Part shown: one piece after another, positions 39,351 to 52,083 of the stretch
How positions within the stretch are numbered: the stretch's first letter is position 1
Layout: every line of letters starts with the position of its first letter
Source: Candidatus Enterousia sp.
GTDB lineage: Bacteria > Pseudomonadota > Alphaproteobacteria > Rs-D84
Direction: 5' to 3'
Assembly (NCBI GenBank): GCA_045133095.1
Contig: JBGUTP010000004.1
Span: forward strand, 67,058 to 131,057
Length of the DNA stretch: 64,000 nt
The notes under the pieces: generated by a model
What the model saw: the letters and a program-made list of their open reading frames with translations, nothing else
The model's database searches: none
What the model was told of the DNA's origin: nothing
Made by a program: the position numbers and the translations under genes

Positions 39351-41384
39351 TTAAAACCCTATGCGATTGGATGTTTTTAAACGCTTGACCGACATTTCTT
39401 CACGTAACATTTGAATCAAATCGGGCAAAGCGGTAATGTTTAACACCTTGGATTTTCGCAAAACAACCGCAAAATCACCCGGGGTTAAATTCGTTAAATC
39501 GCGAATGTCTGTGTCCGACGGTGTCAAATCAAAAAAGTGCCGGAATGCAGATATAACCTGAGCCGGTGTCAGATAATCATATTTGACCTTGAATAAAAAT
39601 CGGCGCAGCGATGCAGAATCTAGTTCGCGCATCAAATTAGTGGTGCAAACGAACGGTATTTTCGCAGACTCCATCTGGGTCAACATTTCGTTGGTACAGG
39701 ACACTTCCCAATTAGCCGATGCGCGGGTGCGGTCCATCAGAAAACTGTCCGCTTCGTCAAATATTAACATGGCACCTTCTTGTTCCGCCTGGCGAAAGGC
39801 AGCCGCGATGTTTTTTTCTGTTTCGCCAACATATTTGCCTTTCAGGTCACTGGCACGTTTTAAGATATGTGGTATCCCCATCCGCTGCGCCAGATAACGC
39901 GCATACGCAGACTTGCCAGTTCCACTGACACCATACAGGCACAACGAAAAATTACGGTTGTTGGTTGCAATTAACCTGTCCGCCAGATTGGATAAATCCG
40001 TGTCGGTATTCAACAGCGATAAATCAAATTCTGGTCCAGAATCTGCCGGGGCAGAATGGCGCACACCCGTCATGGCAATACTTAATGAATCAATAGTGCG
40101 CGGAATCGAATCAATACGACCCGTCAACTTAGCCGCCCGGACAGCGTTGCTGATTACCCCAGGGGATACATTATAGCGACGCGAATATGACAATAAGTCC
40201 GCTTCTGATAATTTTAGTTTGTGTTGCGCACATATCTTGGACCATAACTTATATGATGCGCCAGGCGCAGGCTTGCCCAATTCCAGGCAATAGGAAAAGC
40301 GACGGATATAGGCATCATCCATACATTCTACGTTGTTGGTTATCCATATCACAGGGCGAATGTTTTGTTCCAACAATGTATTAATGCCAAGTTTAGAGGT
40401 GGCTTCGTTAGAAAATGGATTAAAACGAAAAACATCTTCGGCTTCGTCCAGCAAAATTACAGACTTGTCATCACGCGCAAGGATACGCTGGGCAAATAAA
40501 AGATAGGAATAACTTAGGTGGCGGTCCGTGCGCTTTTTGTTAGATACTGGCATTGTGTATAAATCGCACCCAAGTGATGAAACTATTTGTTTTGCCAGTT
40601 CGGTTTTGCCAGTGCCGGTGGGTCCATGAATTAAAATGTTGATACCACGTATGCCCTTGGTAATGGCAGCAGACAATAAATCACGCAGACAGTCATAATC
40701 CGCACTGATGTGTGAAAAGTCCAAAGACGCATCGCCACGCAGGGGCGCACCCAACAGACGACGCTTTAACTTGTCAACGGAACCTGTGTTGTAAGACAAC
40801 GCCTTTCGAAACATCGAATGCAGATTTATGTCCCCATCAGAATCAATGCGTAATACCCCACTTGTCGCCAAAACGTTGTCTTCTTCAAGACTGTTTTTAA
40901 TTTGCGATTCAGACACACCGCAAAAATATGAAAATACTTCAACATTGCGCAGATTTAAATCACAGGAAAAACGTGATTCTATAATCTCGCTGAAAAGATG
41001 ACGCAAGTCAGGATAGCGCGCAATATTAACCAGAAAATATAAAATTGGGCGCGCATAGGACGGTAATTTTAATAAATTACATAAATGCGACATCGATGAA
41101 TCATATTTTGCACCATAAATATTTGGGAAATTTGCCTTGACTATCAATGATGATAATTGCGACATATTGCGTGTACATGGCGTGTCAGATGCATCTGGGT
41201 TTTCACGTCTGTGACGGAAACGCACAGAATGTTCGCTGATCCCCCAAATGTCACACACGTCATAACCAAACAGCGTTTCTGATGATTCTTCGACGTAGTT
41301 TAGAATACGCTCTTGATACAGTCGTGGCATTTTAGCACGCGACAAATTGAACAAATAAAACAATAATACTTCACGTTGTGTCAT
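39351..41384 (-). CDS. AAA family ATPase with two AAA domains
   Basis: GPTGTGKT/LLDEAED and GVSGTGKS/IFDEADS; second region of homology LDSASLRRF. Confidence 0.9.
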   Translation of the reverse strand: MTQREVLLFYLFNLSRAKMPRLYQERILNYVEESSETLFGYDVCDIWGISEHSVRFRHRRENPDASDTPCTRNMSQLSSLIVKANFPNIYGAKYDSSMSHLCNLLKLPSYARPILYFLVNIARYPDLRHLFSEIIESRFSCDLNLRNVEVFSYFCGVSESQIKNSLEEDNVLATSGVLRIDSDGDINLHSMFRKALSYNTGSVDKLKRRLLGAPLRGDASLDFSHISADYDCLRDLLSAAITKGIRGINILIHGPTGTGKTELAKQIVSSLGCDLYTMPVSNKKRTDRHLSYSYLLFAQRILARDDKSVILLDEAEDVFRFNPFSNEATSKLGINTLLEQNIRPVIWITNNVECMDDAYIRRFSYCLELGKPAPGASYKLWSKICAQHKLKLSEADLLSYSRRYNVSPGVISNAVRAAKLTGRIDSIPRTIDSLSIAMTGVRHSAPADSGPEFDLSLLNTDTDLSNLADRLIATNNRNFSLCLYGVSGTGKSAYARYLAQRMGIPHILKRASDLKGKYVGETEKNIAAAFRQAEQEGAMLIFDEADSFLMDRTRASANWEVSCTNEMLTQMESAKIPFVCTTNLMRELDSASLRRFLFKVKYDYLTPAQVISAFRHFFDLTPSDTDIRDLTNLTPGDFAVVLRKSKVLNITALPDLIQMLREEMSVKRLKTSNRIGF

Positions 41385-41451
41385 GTTTCACATCCCCTTG
41401 TTTTGATTTCAAGGTTAATATAAGGCACCCATCAGACAAAAATGGTCGCAG

Positions 41452-44400
41452 TTACCCCCGGGCGTTTTTGTCGAACCATTCTGAATCCAGAAATTTCTGC
41501 GCGGCATTTCTGTCAAGCAAGCGTTCGGTGAACTTTGTGTCATACTGTAACAGGCACCTGTTACAACATTTGCGACATGTACACTGAAGAAAATCGCGCG
41601 CATTCATCAGTAATATAGGCATGGATTTAATTACGTCAAGTGACGAACAATAACCGGTCGAATTATTATCGAATAATACCAAACTGTACGCAACCGCATC
41701 GTCATCAGAATTTGGACGAACCATCCTGGTAAAGCAGCCGATTTCAGATGTTTCCGCACCGATAAATGCCGCTATGGCAGAACGTAAGGCAACCGCAAGT
41801 GAATACGCAACCGTCTGGTCTGTCAGATATTTTCCTGCGTGGTCGGTCAGCAATAATTCCATGGCATCGGTTGTTGTTTCCATGCCAAGGTGTATGTTCT
41901 GAATAATAGAATAGTCGCCATGATTACAGTCACGCGTACCACGCAGTTTTGTATGAGATGCCTCTATGCCTGGCCCCATGCGACCACACGACAGACACAG
42001 GGTATAACCTTCGGCGGAATGATAAATTATACTGGACGTGGCAGAAAAACGACATTGAACCAAGGCACAACCCGGACACGCAGTAAATTTGCCCGGAACA
42101 TTTACCAGTGGATTAGTATAGGCAACACTGATGCCTTCGGAAACGTTGTTATGGGTGGGCTTGGTAAAGTCAACCGCAAAACCCGCAGGTTGAATGTAAC
42201 GCTTAATATTTGAAATCACAAGAGTTTTACAATTACTGCACCGGACGTTTTTAGGGTTAGAGCATGTGCCGCTGGCACCGCAATTATCACAACGCCACAG
42301 GTAACGTAAATTTTGAATCTCGTTACGCGCATCAAGAGATGATGGGATATGCCAATTCAATGTTATGCCCGCAGATTTATATACCAGACCGTCCAGCACA
42401 ACCGACGCCCCAGGTGCATATTCACGAATAGCAATCGCAATGTCACGTGTTGGTGCCTGGTGACGTTGGTATAAATTATCTTCGCGATCGTTTTCCCTGA
42501 ATGACTTGGTAGATGCAACATTCGCCGTTTCAAATGTAACCAGATTTATCGGAAAACCATGGCGAGGCAAAATACCAAATTCAATAAATTCTTTTAAAAC
42601 GTATTCACGTTGCAGACGTTGCTGGCGATATTCCAGGGCGCGAATGGCGGCACGTTCTTCGTCGTCTTGACGCGCCTGGTCCAGTTGCGACGAAACCGCA
42701 TCGTATTCTGCAAACCACGCGTTCTGCAGTTCGGTCAATTGCGAAATCAGTTTATCAAAGAAAATGTTAATATCAATATCGTGCAGTTGGGTGCCAGATA
42801 CAATCCGAGATATCGCAGTACAAATATCAGAATCAGAACGCGCACGGTCACAAAAACGCTTAAATACGTTTAGTTTGTTGCGCCCCTTGCGTGGCAACAT
42901 CAACCATTCCATATTTAACTTGGACCCGTCTGCAATGTCCTGGTCGGGCGATTTTATAAATGCCGACAGTAAAAGCGCATTGACGTGACGTTGGACAATG
43001 ATTTCACTGTAAACATCAACATAAGGTGCATTGATTTTTGTTTCAAATGCCCACTTCGGATTTTGAAAAACGGCTTCTTCGTGTGAATTATTTTTGCACA
43101 AAGTCATCGCCACGGCCTTGGATTCACCACGACGCCCCGCACGACCAGCACGCTGAAGATAATTGGCAGGATGAGGTGGCACGTTATTCATTGCCACACT
43201 TGCCAGACCACCTATGTCGATACCCATTTCCATGGTTGTTGAACAGTTTAAAATGTTTATCTTGCCATCTTGGAAGTCCTTGGCATATTCGCGTTGTTTG
43301 TCAGAATCCTGTTGGGCAGAGTGTTCCGCAGTGCGATAGTAATTAACCCCCAGGATTATCTGGGACGCTATGTTGCCCCATACGCCAGATGATTTCAGTT
43401 CACAAACATTATCATTCGTTTCCAACCATTCGACACGATTTGCAATAATAGAATCAATATCTGTAAATCTTGTTTCACTGTCGAAATCGTACAAAGGCGC
43501 AGCAAATTCACGACACTTTTTTGTGTTGGCCTTGGTGGTGTATGGCGAATACCCCATCAATGTCACATCAACAGGATGATTGGTTATAGGACAAATGAAC
43601 AAACGTTCCGGACGAGAAAGATAAAAGTTTTCCAAACGCAGACGATATTTTAATTCAGAACCCATGGTTTGCAATATCTTGGTTGTCGCAGTTAAATCAT
43701 TCCATGCGGCATGCATTATGCGATTTAAAATATCTTGGTGGGCGGAATCACTGATATTCAACCCCAGGGCAACAGACAACAGTTTTATCAATCTGTGCTG
43801 GCCAGATGTTGATTTGCCGGTCGTATTAACCGTGGGGAATACAACCACGTTACGGTCATCTGGTTTTGGACTGTTCGGTGCAACCAGCCACTTTATCGGG
43901 CGACGAACCGCACCCCACTGGTACCAACCTTCTGGGTATTCAACACAACCCATATCACGGACAAAATAATCCAATATTATCTTTAGAAAATCTTTCCATT
44001 GCGACAATGAAAAATACTGTGCCAAGCCTTCGGGAATAGATATGACAGAATCAAAATTATAAACTGTACGCAACAGACCCAATGTTTCCATGTTTATGGT
44101 CCATTTTGGACGACGGGCAAATTCGCGACAGAATAAAATATCAACCAATCTGTTTAATCCAACCGCATCGCTGAAAAAGCCCCTGCCCTGGTCCTGATGC
44201 AGATAATAGCCGCGTACCCAACGCAAATCACCTGATGCAACATTCGCAGCCAATGTTTGACGCAAGTCTTCATATTTGACACGACGAGGTGATGATGGAA
44301 ATCTGCTTAAAATCTCTGCACGGGTGCCGTCTGATAAAGTCGCCCATACATCCGGGCTGAAACCCGCAGGTAATCCAGATTGCGATGCCTCTTTTTTGGC

Positions 44401-46335
44401 AACGGTTGTATATAACAAATAACGAAATGTATTCGAATCCGAATTTTGCTGAAGTTGGGTGGCAATGCGTGCAGTTCCCTGACGTGAGTCCGTAAAACAC
44501 AGCATCTTTTTGCCATGCGATGGACATGAATCAGATTTGCAACCATTGTCATTGTGCTTTAACAAGGTAGGTAATATCACACTGAGGAAAAACGTAGAGC
44601 CAAGAAGCGGTTCATGGATTTCTGTTTCGCCACAATGCGGACATTTTGTGCCGTATTCACAAACCCCGATGTTTATGTCTTCCTTAGACGTTGGATTTTC
44701 ATCATACTTGTCCGTGCGTGGGTTTAGCCATATACGATTGTCAGATGTATTATCAATAAAAATACGTCCCTTGATTTCGGTCATCTGGTCGGATTCTGCA
44801 CCTTCGTTCTCGGACAGGACAAAGTCCGAATTATCACGCAAATTCGGTAAAATACGGCTGTTTGCGATATCATTTACACCATTAAGAAAGATACTGCGAC
44901 ATGATGCACACGCACCCATTTTGAAAACAGGCGCACCACATTCACATGTATAACATTCGTTCAGATAAATACGACCGTATTGCCAATCGGGAATGTCTGG
45001 ACGGTGGGGACATTGGGCATTACAACAACACCAAACCCCTGGGAACGTTTTGTGAAACAGATGTATGCGAAGTGGTAAAAAAGTCTTTTGACCCGATGAT
45101 GGAGATGTACTTAATAAATCAAGCCAACTTAACGCATCCGAACGCGATAAATTAAATTCACTGGCAAATTCAGATAAGGAACGAACCTGAATATCTGTTA
45201 ATGAATTTTTGGTAAAATATGAACGCATGCGACACGCCAAAGCATTAGAACACAATGCCGGTATTTTTTCAGAGTCTGGTAAAGATGCCAATTCGGACAA
45301 TGAATAATCGTTAGATGTCGCAGATGATATCTTGTCTATTTGACGCGTTCCAAAAATAACTGTGACTTTCTCTTGGGGAATGCCCGCAATGTCTGATAAA
45401 AAACGCTTTAGTTGCTGTTCGCCGTCCGAACCACCAATAGTTGCAGATGTCGCAATAAACTGAACCTGGTCGGCAGTCACACCAAACGCATGTAAAACAC
45501 GACGTAACAACAGTGCCAGTTCCGCCGCCTGGGAACCAATGTATGTGTGTGCTTCGTCCAGAACAATATATTTTAACTTTCCACGTGACGCATCCAGAAT
45601 ACTTTTGTCTTTTTTTCGAATCAACATGTATTCCAACATGGATGTGTTTGTTATCAACAATGGTGGTGGATTTTTCCATAATGTTTTACGGTCGGACACT
45701 TCCGCAGGGGTCGCAGCGCTTTGAGAGGCACGGACCTCTGTCGGTAATAATCCATTGTACAAGCAATAACGAATGCGACCACCATAGGGTGACGTCCATG
45801 CGTTAAAGCGTTCTTTTTGGTCTTGAATCAGCGCATTTAATGGATACAGAAATAACGCCTGAACACCCGTTAGGGACTGATTAGTTTTTTCAACTTGGTT
45901 TATCAAATCAGAAATAATGGGCAACATAAATGATTCTGTTTTCCCAGAACCAGTACCACTTGCCACGACAAGTGATTGATTGGTGTTAATCAAAGTTTCC
46001 CAAGCCGATAACTGATGAGAATACGGATGCAAATCACGTGAAAAACCATATTTACCGTTCTCGGCGCGTGACGCAGAATCAAGATTGTCCACAAACGATG
46101 CCGGCAACAGTTCAGATGACAAATCATCAAATGTCTTGGACGATGGCATCCAACCAAACATAGGTTCAAAAACAGGGTCAGACAACAATGAATTTCCATC
46201 TGCATCAGTACGTGATAACTGATTACAAATGTATGAACGCAAATTATCCGGTATCGCTGGAATACAACTTAGCACCGCTTCGCGTGGGTACTGTTCCAAT
46301 TCTGATATTAATGTCTTGAACGTGTCATTTTTCAT
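41452..46335 (-). CDS. druE: DEAD/DEAH helicase with C-terminal DUF1998, Druantia type III DruE-like
   Basis: [45 protein letters not shown], terminal CxCx3Cx2C; N-terminal PVFEPMFGW. Confidence 0.8.
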   Translation of the reverse strand: MKNDTFKTLISELEQYPREAVLSCIPAIPDNLRSYICNQLSRTDADGNSLLSDPVFEPMFGWMPSSKTFDDLSSELLPASFVDNLDSASRAENGKYGFSRDLHPYSHQLSAWETLINTNQSLVVASGTGSGKTESFMLPIISDLINQVEKTNQSLTGVQALFLYPLNALIQDQKERFNAWTSPYGGRIRYCLYNGLLPTEVRASQSAATPAEVSDRKTLWKNPPPLLITNTSMLEYMLIRKKDKSILDASRGKLKYIVLDEAHTYIGSQAAELALLLRRVLHAFGVTADQVQFIATSATIGGSDGEQQLKRFLSDIAGIPQEKVTVIFGTRQIDKISSATSNDYSLSELASLPDSEKIPALCSNALACRMRSYFTKNSLTDIQVRSLSEFASEFNLSRSDALSWLDLLSTSPSSGQKTFLPLRIHLFHKTFPGVWCCCNAQCPHRPDIPDWQYGRIYLNECYTCECGAPVFKMGACASCRSIFLNGVNDIANSRILPNLRDNSDFVLSENEGAESDQMTEIKGRIFIDNTSDNRIWLNPRTDKYDENPTSKEDINIGVCEYGTKCPHCGETEIHEPLLGSTFFLSVILPTLLKHNDNGCKSDSCPSHGKKMLCFTDSRQGTARIATQLQQNSDSNTFRYLLYTTVAKKEASQSGLPAGFSPDVWATLSDGTRAEILSRFPSSPRRVKYEDLRQTLAANVASGDLRWVRGYYLHQDQGRGFFSDAVGLNRLVDILFCREFARRPKWTINMETLGLLRTVYNFDSVISIPEGLAQYFSLSQWKDFLKIILDYFVRDMGCVEYPEGWYQWGAVRRPIKWLVAPNSPKPDDRNVVVFPTVNTTGKSTSGQHRLIKLLSVALGLNISDSAHQDILNRIMHAAWNDLTATTKILQTMGSELKYRLRLENFYLSRPERLFICPITNHPVDVTLMGYSPYTTKANTKKCREFAAPLYDFDSETRFTDIDSIIANRVEWLETNDNVCELKSSGVWGNIASQIILGVNYYRTAEHSAQQDSDKQREYAKDFQDGKINILNCSTTMEMGIDIGGLASVAMNNVPPHPANYLQRAGRAGRRGESKAVAMTLCKNNSHEEAVFQNPKWAFETKINAPYVDVYSEIIVQRHVNALLLSAFIKSPDQDIADGSKLNMEWLMLPRKGRNKLNVFKRFCDRARSDSDICTAISRIVSGTQLHDIDINIFFDKLISQLTELQNAWFAEYDAVSSQLDQARQDDEERAAIRALEYRQQRLQREYVLKEFIEFGILPRHGFPINLVTFETANVASTKSFRENDREDNLYQRHQAPTRDIAIAIREYAPGASVVLDGLVYKSAGITLNWHIPSSLDARNEIQNLRYLWRCDNCGASGTCSNPKNVRCSNCKTLVISNIKRYIQPAGFAVDFTKPTHNNVSEGISVAYTNPLVNVPGKFTACPGCALVQCRFSATSSIIYHSAEGYTLCLSCGRMGPGIEASHTKLRGTRDCNHGDYSIIQNIHLGMETTTDAMELLLTDHAGKYLTDQTVAYSLAVALRSAIAAFIGAETSEIGCFTRMVRPNSDDDAVAYSLVLFDNNSTGYCSSLDVIKSMPILLMNARDFLQCTCRKCCNRCLLQYDTKFTERLLDRNAAQKFLDSEWFDKNARG

Positions 46336-46337
46336 TT

Positions 46338-49300
46338 TTATTGCCCCATAGTAGAAACCATTATAATTGTTGTTATTCTGTATGCCTGAATAAAATAAAA
46401 TCTGTCCCAGCGCATATACGCACAAACCGCATTCTTGATTTCAGAATCAGATAAAAAACCATCACCATTGTCACAAAATGCCAACGCAGCACAAAACATC
46501 GGAAAATGAATTATTGATGCATCGCGGGGACTAAGTTTGCAACGCTGGTCATAATCTGAAAACAAACAAGAATCTGTATAGCATGTGCATTCTTGGTAAC
46601 AGCGGTCCGAACAACGCGAAATCAGACGTTCAAACGGCGCGTTGATTCCCGCATAACTGGCGGTGGCAGAAGAATCAAAATGCGAATTAAGCATGTAAAC
46701 CAATGGCGGCGCTTTTTTTACCGTATCAGATTCAGGCATATCGTCGTCATAGTGTCCCGGTCTGATAACCCGGTTGGAAGAATCACCGAACAGCTGCCCC
46801 ATGTATTGTGCCTGGGCAGCCTTGGGCGAATTAGTGGCATTTGACCAAACGCGCAGATTGCTTTGTAAACGCGTAAAGTACGGCAAAGACTGATAAGCCT
46901 GGTTAGTTATGATATCGAACGCCTGGAGGGGCGAAAACATTTCTGTTGCAAGGATAAACTCTATTTCCTGGAACGTGTCGGCAATCGCATCATATCGCAA
47001 TGCCAATAAATGAATTAAATCTGGGGTCTGTCCGATATATGCAAGGTAACGCGCCACAGTATCCCGAAGAACAGCGCGCGAAACCAACGCAACATTCACA
47101 AACAAGGAATCACGCAATTTAACAAAAAACGCTTTGTAATTTTGAATCTTTAGGCGAAATAGAAAACTTGCCAAAGAACGCGAATCATAGGAAACACAAT
47201 CCCACAACATAAAACCATGCATCGGAATCTGATAATGCAAAAACAAGTCCGCTAAATTAGATACAAGTTCCCAATCAGAATGCGACAGGTCACACATGTC
47301 CTTGGACAAATGCGCCATGATTGAATCATAGTTATTGCCAGGCAACAATGTAGCCAATGAGGTCACAGAAGTTTCGGTCGGCAAATTAGACCACAAGGTT
47401 GGCAATAAACTGACATCTGATTCCGGGGCAGAATATATCAGATAAGCCCCAGGTGAATTATCAAGCACCGAAAAGTCAACATGACCATCAGATACAGGTA
47501 AACGCATCGGCACAACAGATGGCAAAAGTACGTTTGCCGCACAAAACACCGTCGCATCAGTGGTTGTGCTTTTTGTCTTGCCGTGCAACGTGCCATCAGA
47601 TTGCAAGGTATAATCGTATGGATAAACATCAACATACTGTTCATTTGCGCCACCACGAACACTGACGCGAACGCGGGACGCATTATGCGCGACAAATAAA
47701 TAACTTATATCACGCAGATAGTCCGCCAACGACAGTTCTATGTAATCGCCCGGCAGATGCAGCGCATAATTAAACTCGTGCAAGCCAACACTAATTTTTA
47801 CAGAAAAGTCATTCCGTTGAGTGCCTTTGGCAAAAATCTTGATACGAACACCACCGTTTGCCGCGCGATGCAGCGACAAAGACTGACCATTAATACAATT
47901 TTGCTGACTATCAAAAAACGCCGCGCCAGAAACAGGAAAAGGAACACGAATATTTACACCGTTCGCCCCATCCGATAACTTAAAACCGACAGAGTCGGGT
48001 GTCTGTTTAGTTGTCGCGCACACCGTTATTTGTGTCCTGTTTACGACGTCACATTCATATAAATTTGATGCACGCGGAACCGTATCTATTTCACCGATAT
48101 TGTTAAAAGATATCAACGCCCTGTTCATGTCCATGGATGTCAATTGCACATTCGCGTCATCAGGCAATACAAATGCAGGCAGGCGACATTTTGTTTTGCC
48201 ATCTTGGACATGACACACATCTATTAATCCGACGCATTCAAACGGCTTTAAATCTTCGTCTGTATTATGACGGCGATACACCGGGCGGGGGCATAACATC
48301 ATGTTTCCTTCGGGGTCCAAATACGACAATGACGGCAGGCCGACATAAACCTCGTACTGGGAAGAACGAATACCACAACCACTGCCAAATAAACGCCCGC
48401 CAAGAACATACTGATATGCAGTACTGTCCGGACGATTTAGGCAAACCTGATATTCACCAAACAAAATATCAGAATCACACTTATACAAATTATACGTCGT
48501 GTCACCTATATCGAACGTTTCAACATGCGATAAAGAGCGCAATTCTTTATTTAAGTCACTGTCTTGGATAACACCGATAAAACATTCTGATTCTTTCAGG
48601 TCCACCGAACCATACGTCTGATAAATGTAATTGGATTCACTGTCACGAATAAAGATTAATGGCGCAGATAAATTAATCGATTCCGCCAGGCGCATAGGCA
48701 CCCCAAAATTACCACCGTCAGGCGAATATAATGTCAACGCAACCGCATCAGAAACATCATAATTATTGTTTGCAACACCAACAATATGATAGCGCGAATC
48801 ACCAATAATATTGGACACAACCTTTGCCACACACAAAGGATTGTCACCCCATGTATTAATAAAAAATTTACGTGGCAATCCCGCCCCACCGGTCACATTA
48901 AAATATTCAATAAAGAAATCACCGTCCGTGGGTTTATCCGGAAACATAAAACGCAGAACCATTTTACCGTCTTGCAAAACCCTTAGAACATAAGGTCTGC
49001 GCGCAAGCGCCTTGTTAGAAGCAGCGGTTTTGATGAAACTTTTAAATAATTCTATGACAGCATCGTCTTCAAGCAATATCGGAAAGTCGTCGCGCCAGGT
49101 TGCGCCTGTTTCATTATCAAGAATTTCAATCGCTTTGTCCGGGGATTCCAGTTTATATCTTTCTTTAAGGGATACAATTACCTGAATCACAGACATTATC
49201 AATTCATAAACCTGGGTGTTACGCAAACTGTCCGGGATGTTCATAGATATCGCGCGGGATTGAATGTTCGCCATCAAAGCCGCAGGCCCCATTACAAACT

Positions 49301-49814
49301 TAATCGCATCAGACAGACATGCGCGTATCATGCGCACAAAAGAAGATTCAACGGTTGACACAACCATGTAATTCGCAGGCAATCCACCATTTGCAACAAT
49401 GGCACCAAAATAAATCTTGCCGTCCGTATCTGTATCAACAGGAACCCCCAATATCTTTAGTCCGCGTGTCACACCATCCGCCAAAACGGTACGCGAAACA
49501 TCTTTGTCCTTGTCGGATATCTTGCCAACAATATTAGCCCAATTCCATGCACCGCCGGAATATTCCCGCTTCCACCATTCGGCAGCATAAATCACAAACA
49601 TTGAAACAAAACCTGGTTCCTGTAATAAATCTTTGATAGGTTCGGATTTACAGCGCGTTGCCAGTATGTTACATAAACTGTGATATTCGTCCGCCGTTAT
49701 ACGATAAGAATAAATCGGTGTCCCAGGCCATGATTTCCAATTACGCGCGTTACGTATGCGCATAATCCAGCCTGCTTCCAGTTCCGACATAGCAAGTTTA
49801 CCGATTATGGACAT
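46338..49814 (-). CDS. druH: STY4851/ECs_5259-family protein, Druantia type III DruH-like
   Basis: [45 protein letters not shown]; 2 nt upstream of druE. Confidence 0.72.
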   Translation of the reverse strand: MSIIGKLAMSELEAGWIMRIRNARNWKSWPGTPIYSYRITADEYHSLCNILATRCKSEPIKDLLQEPGFVSMFVIYAAEWWKREYSGGAWNWANIVGKISDKDKDVSRTVLADGVTRGLKILGVPVDTDTDGKIYFGAIVANGGLPANYMVVSTVESSFVRMIRACLSDAIKFVMGPAALMANIQSRAISMNIPDSLRNTQVYELIMSVIQVIVSLKERYKLESPDKAIEILDNETGATWRDDFPILLEDDAVIELFKSFIKTAASNKALARRPYVLRVLQDGKMVLRFMFPDKPTDGDFFIEYFNVTGGAGLPRKFFINTWGDNPLCVAKVVSNIIGDSRYHIVGVANNNYDVSDAVALTLYSPDGGNFGVPMRLAESINLSAPLIFIRDSESNYIYQTYGSVDLKESECFIGVIQDSDLNKELRSLSHVETFDIGDTTYNLYKCDSDILFGEYQVCLNRPDSTAYQYVLGGRLFGSGCGIRSSQYEVYVGLPSLSYLDPEGNMMLCPRPVYRRHNTDEDLKPFECVGLIDVCHVQDGKTKCRLPAFVLPDDANVQLTSMDMNRALISFNNIGEIDTVPRASNLYECDVVNRTQITVCATTKQTPDSVGFKLSDGANGVNIRVPFPVSGAAFFDSQQNCINGQSLSLHRAANGGVRIKIFAKGTQRNDFSVKISVGLHEFNYALHLPGDYIELSLADYLRDISYLFVAHNASRVRVSVRGGANEQYVDVYPYDYTLQSDGTLHGKTKSTTTDATVFCAANVLLPSVVPMRLPVSDGHVDFSVLDNSPGAYLIYSAPESDVSLLPTLWSNLPTETSVTSLATLLPGNNYDSIMAHLSKDMCDLSHSDWELVSNLADLFLHYQIPMHGFMLWDCVSYDSRSLASFLFRLKIQNYKAFFVKLRDSLFVNVALVSRAVLRDTVARYLAYIGQTPDLIHLLALRYDAIADTFQEIEFILATEMFSPLQAFDIITNQAYQSLPYFTRLQSNLRVWSNATNSPKAAQAQYMGQLFGDSSNRVIRPGHYDDDMPESDTVKKAPPLVYMLNSHFDSSATASYAGINAPFERLISRCSDRCYQECTCYTDSCLFSDYDQRCKLSPRDASIIHFPMFCAALAFCDNGDGFLSDSEIKNAVCAYMRWDRFYFIQAYRITTIIMVSTMGQ

Positions 49815-49930
49815 GGCGACTCCTTTGAACAGTATGCCCATTATAAGAAAATATCCCTGTAAAGTCAATCTCTCGACGGTTATACACAGTACAAAAACAA
49901 TGCATATATTTATGTGCGCTTTGTGGGTTA

Positions 49931-50284
49931 TTAATTTTGTTCGGCATATTCGCGTACGTATTGATTAAATAATTCCGATGGGATAAAATCTGATACGGAT
50001 TCAGCGCGCCCTTTACCCGTGTTGATACCTGCACCATAGCATTCCAGGTTCAAATATAATTGCTTTACATCAGGAAATTCGGAACATGACACAGAATCAA
50101 ACCCCGATAACATTTTAGCATTCGACAAAGTATGCATATATTTAAAGTCGGAAACATCACCTAAAAACATGCTGTCCAGGTCGCCCCAAGATTCTTTGTG
50201 AAATTTTTTTATACAACAATCACGCAACCGACCAAAAAAAATACAGATATTTTCATAAGCAAATCTTAAATCTTTTAATGACAT
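49931..50284 (-). CDS. Hypothetical protein
   Basis: ATG 50284 with GGAG RBS; the longer ORF-track call runs through tRNA-Ser. Confidence 0.55.
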   Translation of the reverse strand: MSLKDLRFAYENICIFFGRLRDCCIKKFHKESWGDLDSMFLGDVSDFKYMHTLSNAKMLSGFDSVSCSEFPDVKQLYLNLECYGAGINTGKGRAESVSDFIPSELFNQYVREYAEQN

Positions 50285-50369
50285 AATACACTCCGTTTTG
50301 TTCTTTTCACAACTAAGTATAATACGCACACTGGACAAATTTGGTCGCACAAAAAACGCCCTGTCGGGC

Positions 50370-50544
50370 ATTTGATTTTTATGGCGGAAGCGCGGGATTG
50401 TAATTCCCACCACCTGCGGTGGCGGACCCCTTTCGCCTGCGGCTCGAACCCCACGCAACTGCGTTGCTCTAATGGGGGGGCTCATCCTACCATCGCAACT
50501 TAAAAATAAAATCGGCATTAAGCCGATTTGATTTTTATGGCGGA
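50370..50544 (-). repeat. tRNA-linked repeat: 19-bp duplication of the tRNA-Ser 3' end enclosing a GC-rich hairpin module
   Basis: ATTTGATTTTTATGGCGGA at 50370 and 50526. Confidence 0.8.
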
Positions 50545-50627
50545 TGGTGAGGGATTCGAACCCCCGGAAGGGTTGCCCCTTCAACGGTTTTCAAGACCGC
50601 CGCATTCGACCGCTCTGCCAACCATCC
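50538..50627 (-). tRNA. tRNA-Ser(TGA)
   Basis: GGATGGTTGGCAGAGCGG...CTTGAAA, long variable arm, GGTTCGAATCC...CCA. Confidence 0.96.
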
Positions 50628-50736
50628 TAAACTTTCTTTTTTTCGTCGGTCTTTCAACCTTGGCGTGTTAATTAACCTTCTGTATCATTGCGTTTAACCA
50701 TGACGCCCCCTGTTAGTCAACAGCGATTATTGTACA

Positions 50737-51534
50737 TTATTTTTTTCGGATTGCAATCATAAAAATTATTGCGCCCGCAAAAAACATGACCGATGACAAC
50801 AACTGACCCATCGTCAATCCCCATGACGTCAAAAAACCCAGTTGCGCATCAGGCGCGCGGAAAAGTTCGCAAAACATCCGAAATACCGCATAACACATAC
50901 CCATTATACCGCCCAATGCCCCAGGACGAGATTTCAGGTTCGTATAACGATACAAACAATACATCAGTATAAATAACAAAACACCTTCGGTGGCGGCTTC
51001 GTACAGTGGACTGGCATGACGCGGAATTGGCGCATCACCCGCAAAAACAATACCAAAGGCAGAATCTGTCGGACGCCCCATAACCTCGCGATTAATAAAG
51101 TTTGCAATGCGCCCAAAAAATAAACCTATGGGTGCAACAACCGACATAACATCCAGAATACGCCACGCATTTATTCGTTGACGTCGCGCAAATATAAACA
51201 CCGCCGCCAGGACCCCCAGCAAGCCACCATGAAAACTCATCCCGCCGTGCCAAAGCGCAAATATTTCCAGCGGATGTGACAGATAATAGCCCAAATTGTA
51301 AAATAACACATAGCCAATACGACCGCCCAATATAACCCCCACAATAATAGCGGTCAACAAATCATCCAATTGCTTTTTAGATAATGAAACCATGGCACCT
51401 GGCATTGATATCAGCCGACGAAACAACCAATAACCGACAACAAATGCCGCAATATACGCCAGCGCATACCAGCGTATATCCAAGCCCAATACCGAAAAAG
51501 CAACCGGCGAAATATATGGTACCGTTAGCGACAT
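50737..51534 (-). CDS. lgt: Prolipoprotein diacylglyceryl transferase
   Basis: IRWYALAY, GGRIGY, GGMSFHGG, GRIANFIN, RHASPLYE. Confidence 0.96.
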   Translation of the reverse strand: MSLTVPYISPVAFSVLGLDIRWYALAYIAAFVVGYWLFRRLISMPGAMVSLSKKQLDDLLTAIIVGVILGGRIGYVLFYNLGYYLSHPLEIFALWHGGMSFHGGLLGVLAAVFIFARRQRINAWRILDVMSVVAPIGLFFGRIANFINREVMGRPTDSAFGIVFAGDAPIPRHASPLYEAATEGVLLFILMYCLYRYTNLKSRPGALGGIMGMCYAVFRMFCELFRAPDAQLGFLTSWGLTMGQLLSSVMFFAGAIIFMIAIRKK

Positions 51535-51752
51535 TTACTTAACGTCTGTTCCAAGTTTGCGCGAATTTCCAACAATTTCTTGGCACGTTCCGTGTCTGGC
51601 TTTGCGGTCTTGATTTGACGCTTTATTTCTTCCAGACGCGCTTTCAGGCATTCGATTCCGTTCGAATGTGTCTTGCGTCCTGCAAAATATTCGTCGGTGT
51701 GTTTAGCGTTCGCGATAAGCGCGATTCTGTCGCGTGTTGTAAATTTGTACAT
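51525..51752 (-). CDS. Small basic helical hypothetical protein
   Basis: AAGGA RBS; ends SKCR; overlaps the lgt start. Confidence 0.6.
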   Translation of the reverse strand: MYKFTTRDRIALIANAKHTDEYFAGRKTHSNGIECLKARLEEIKRQIKTAKPDTERAKKLLEIRANLEQTLSKCR

Positions 51753-51769
51753 ATTTTATAATCCTTGTA

Positions 51770-52009
51770 TTATTTTTCCAATGTTTTAAGCGTATGTTGA
51801 ATATTAGTGATAATATCCTGCTCTTTGGCAATTTTTTTCGCATCCTGCGCCTTGATTGCATTTTCCAATCGTTCCTGGGCAACAGCCAGCTTTTCCTTTA
51901 AACTTGCAGCCAATTCGGCTTTGTTTGTATGTCTGTTTAAATCTTCTTTGGCACCATTGCGCAGAACCGCTTTGTGTTGTTGGCGTGCCAGTTTGTTATA
52001 CCCGCTCAT
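51770..52009 (-). CDS. Small basic coiled-coil hypothetical protein
   Basis: AAGGA RBS before ATG 52009. Confidence 0.6.
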   Translation of the reverse strand: MSGYNKLARQQHKAVLRNGAKEDLNRHTNKAELAASLKEKLAVAQERLENAIKAQDAKKIAKEQDIITNIQHTLKTLEK

Positions 52010-52083
52010 AAAAAATCCTTTTTTGGTCTTGAATTCACACTTACATTGTATTATATATTTGGCAAATAACAAGGAGAATATTT

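Noticed and set aside
50285-50584. N-terminal extension of ORF 49931..50584
   Set aside because: Overlaps tRNA-Ser and the tRNA-linked repeat.
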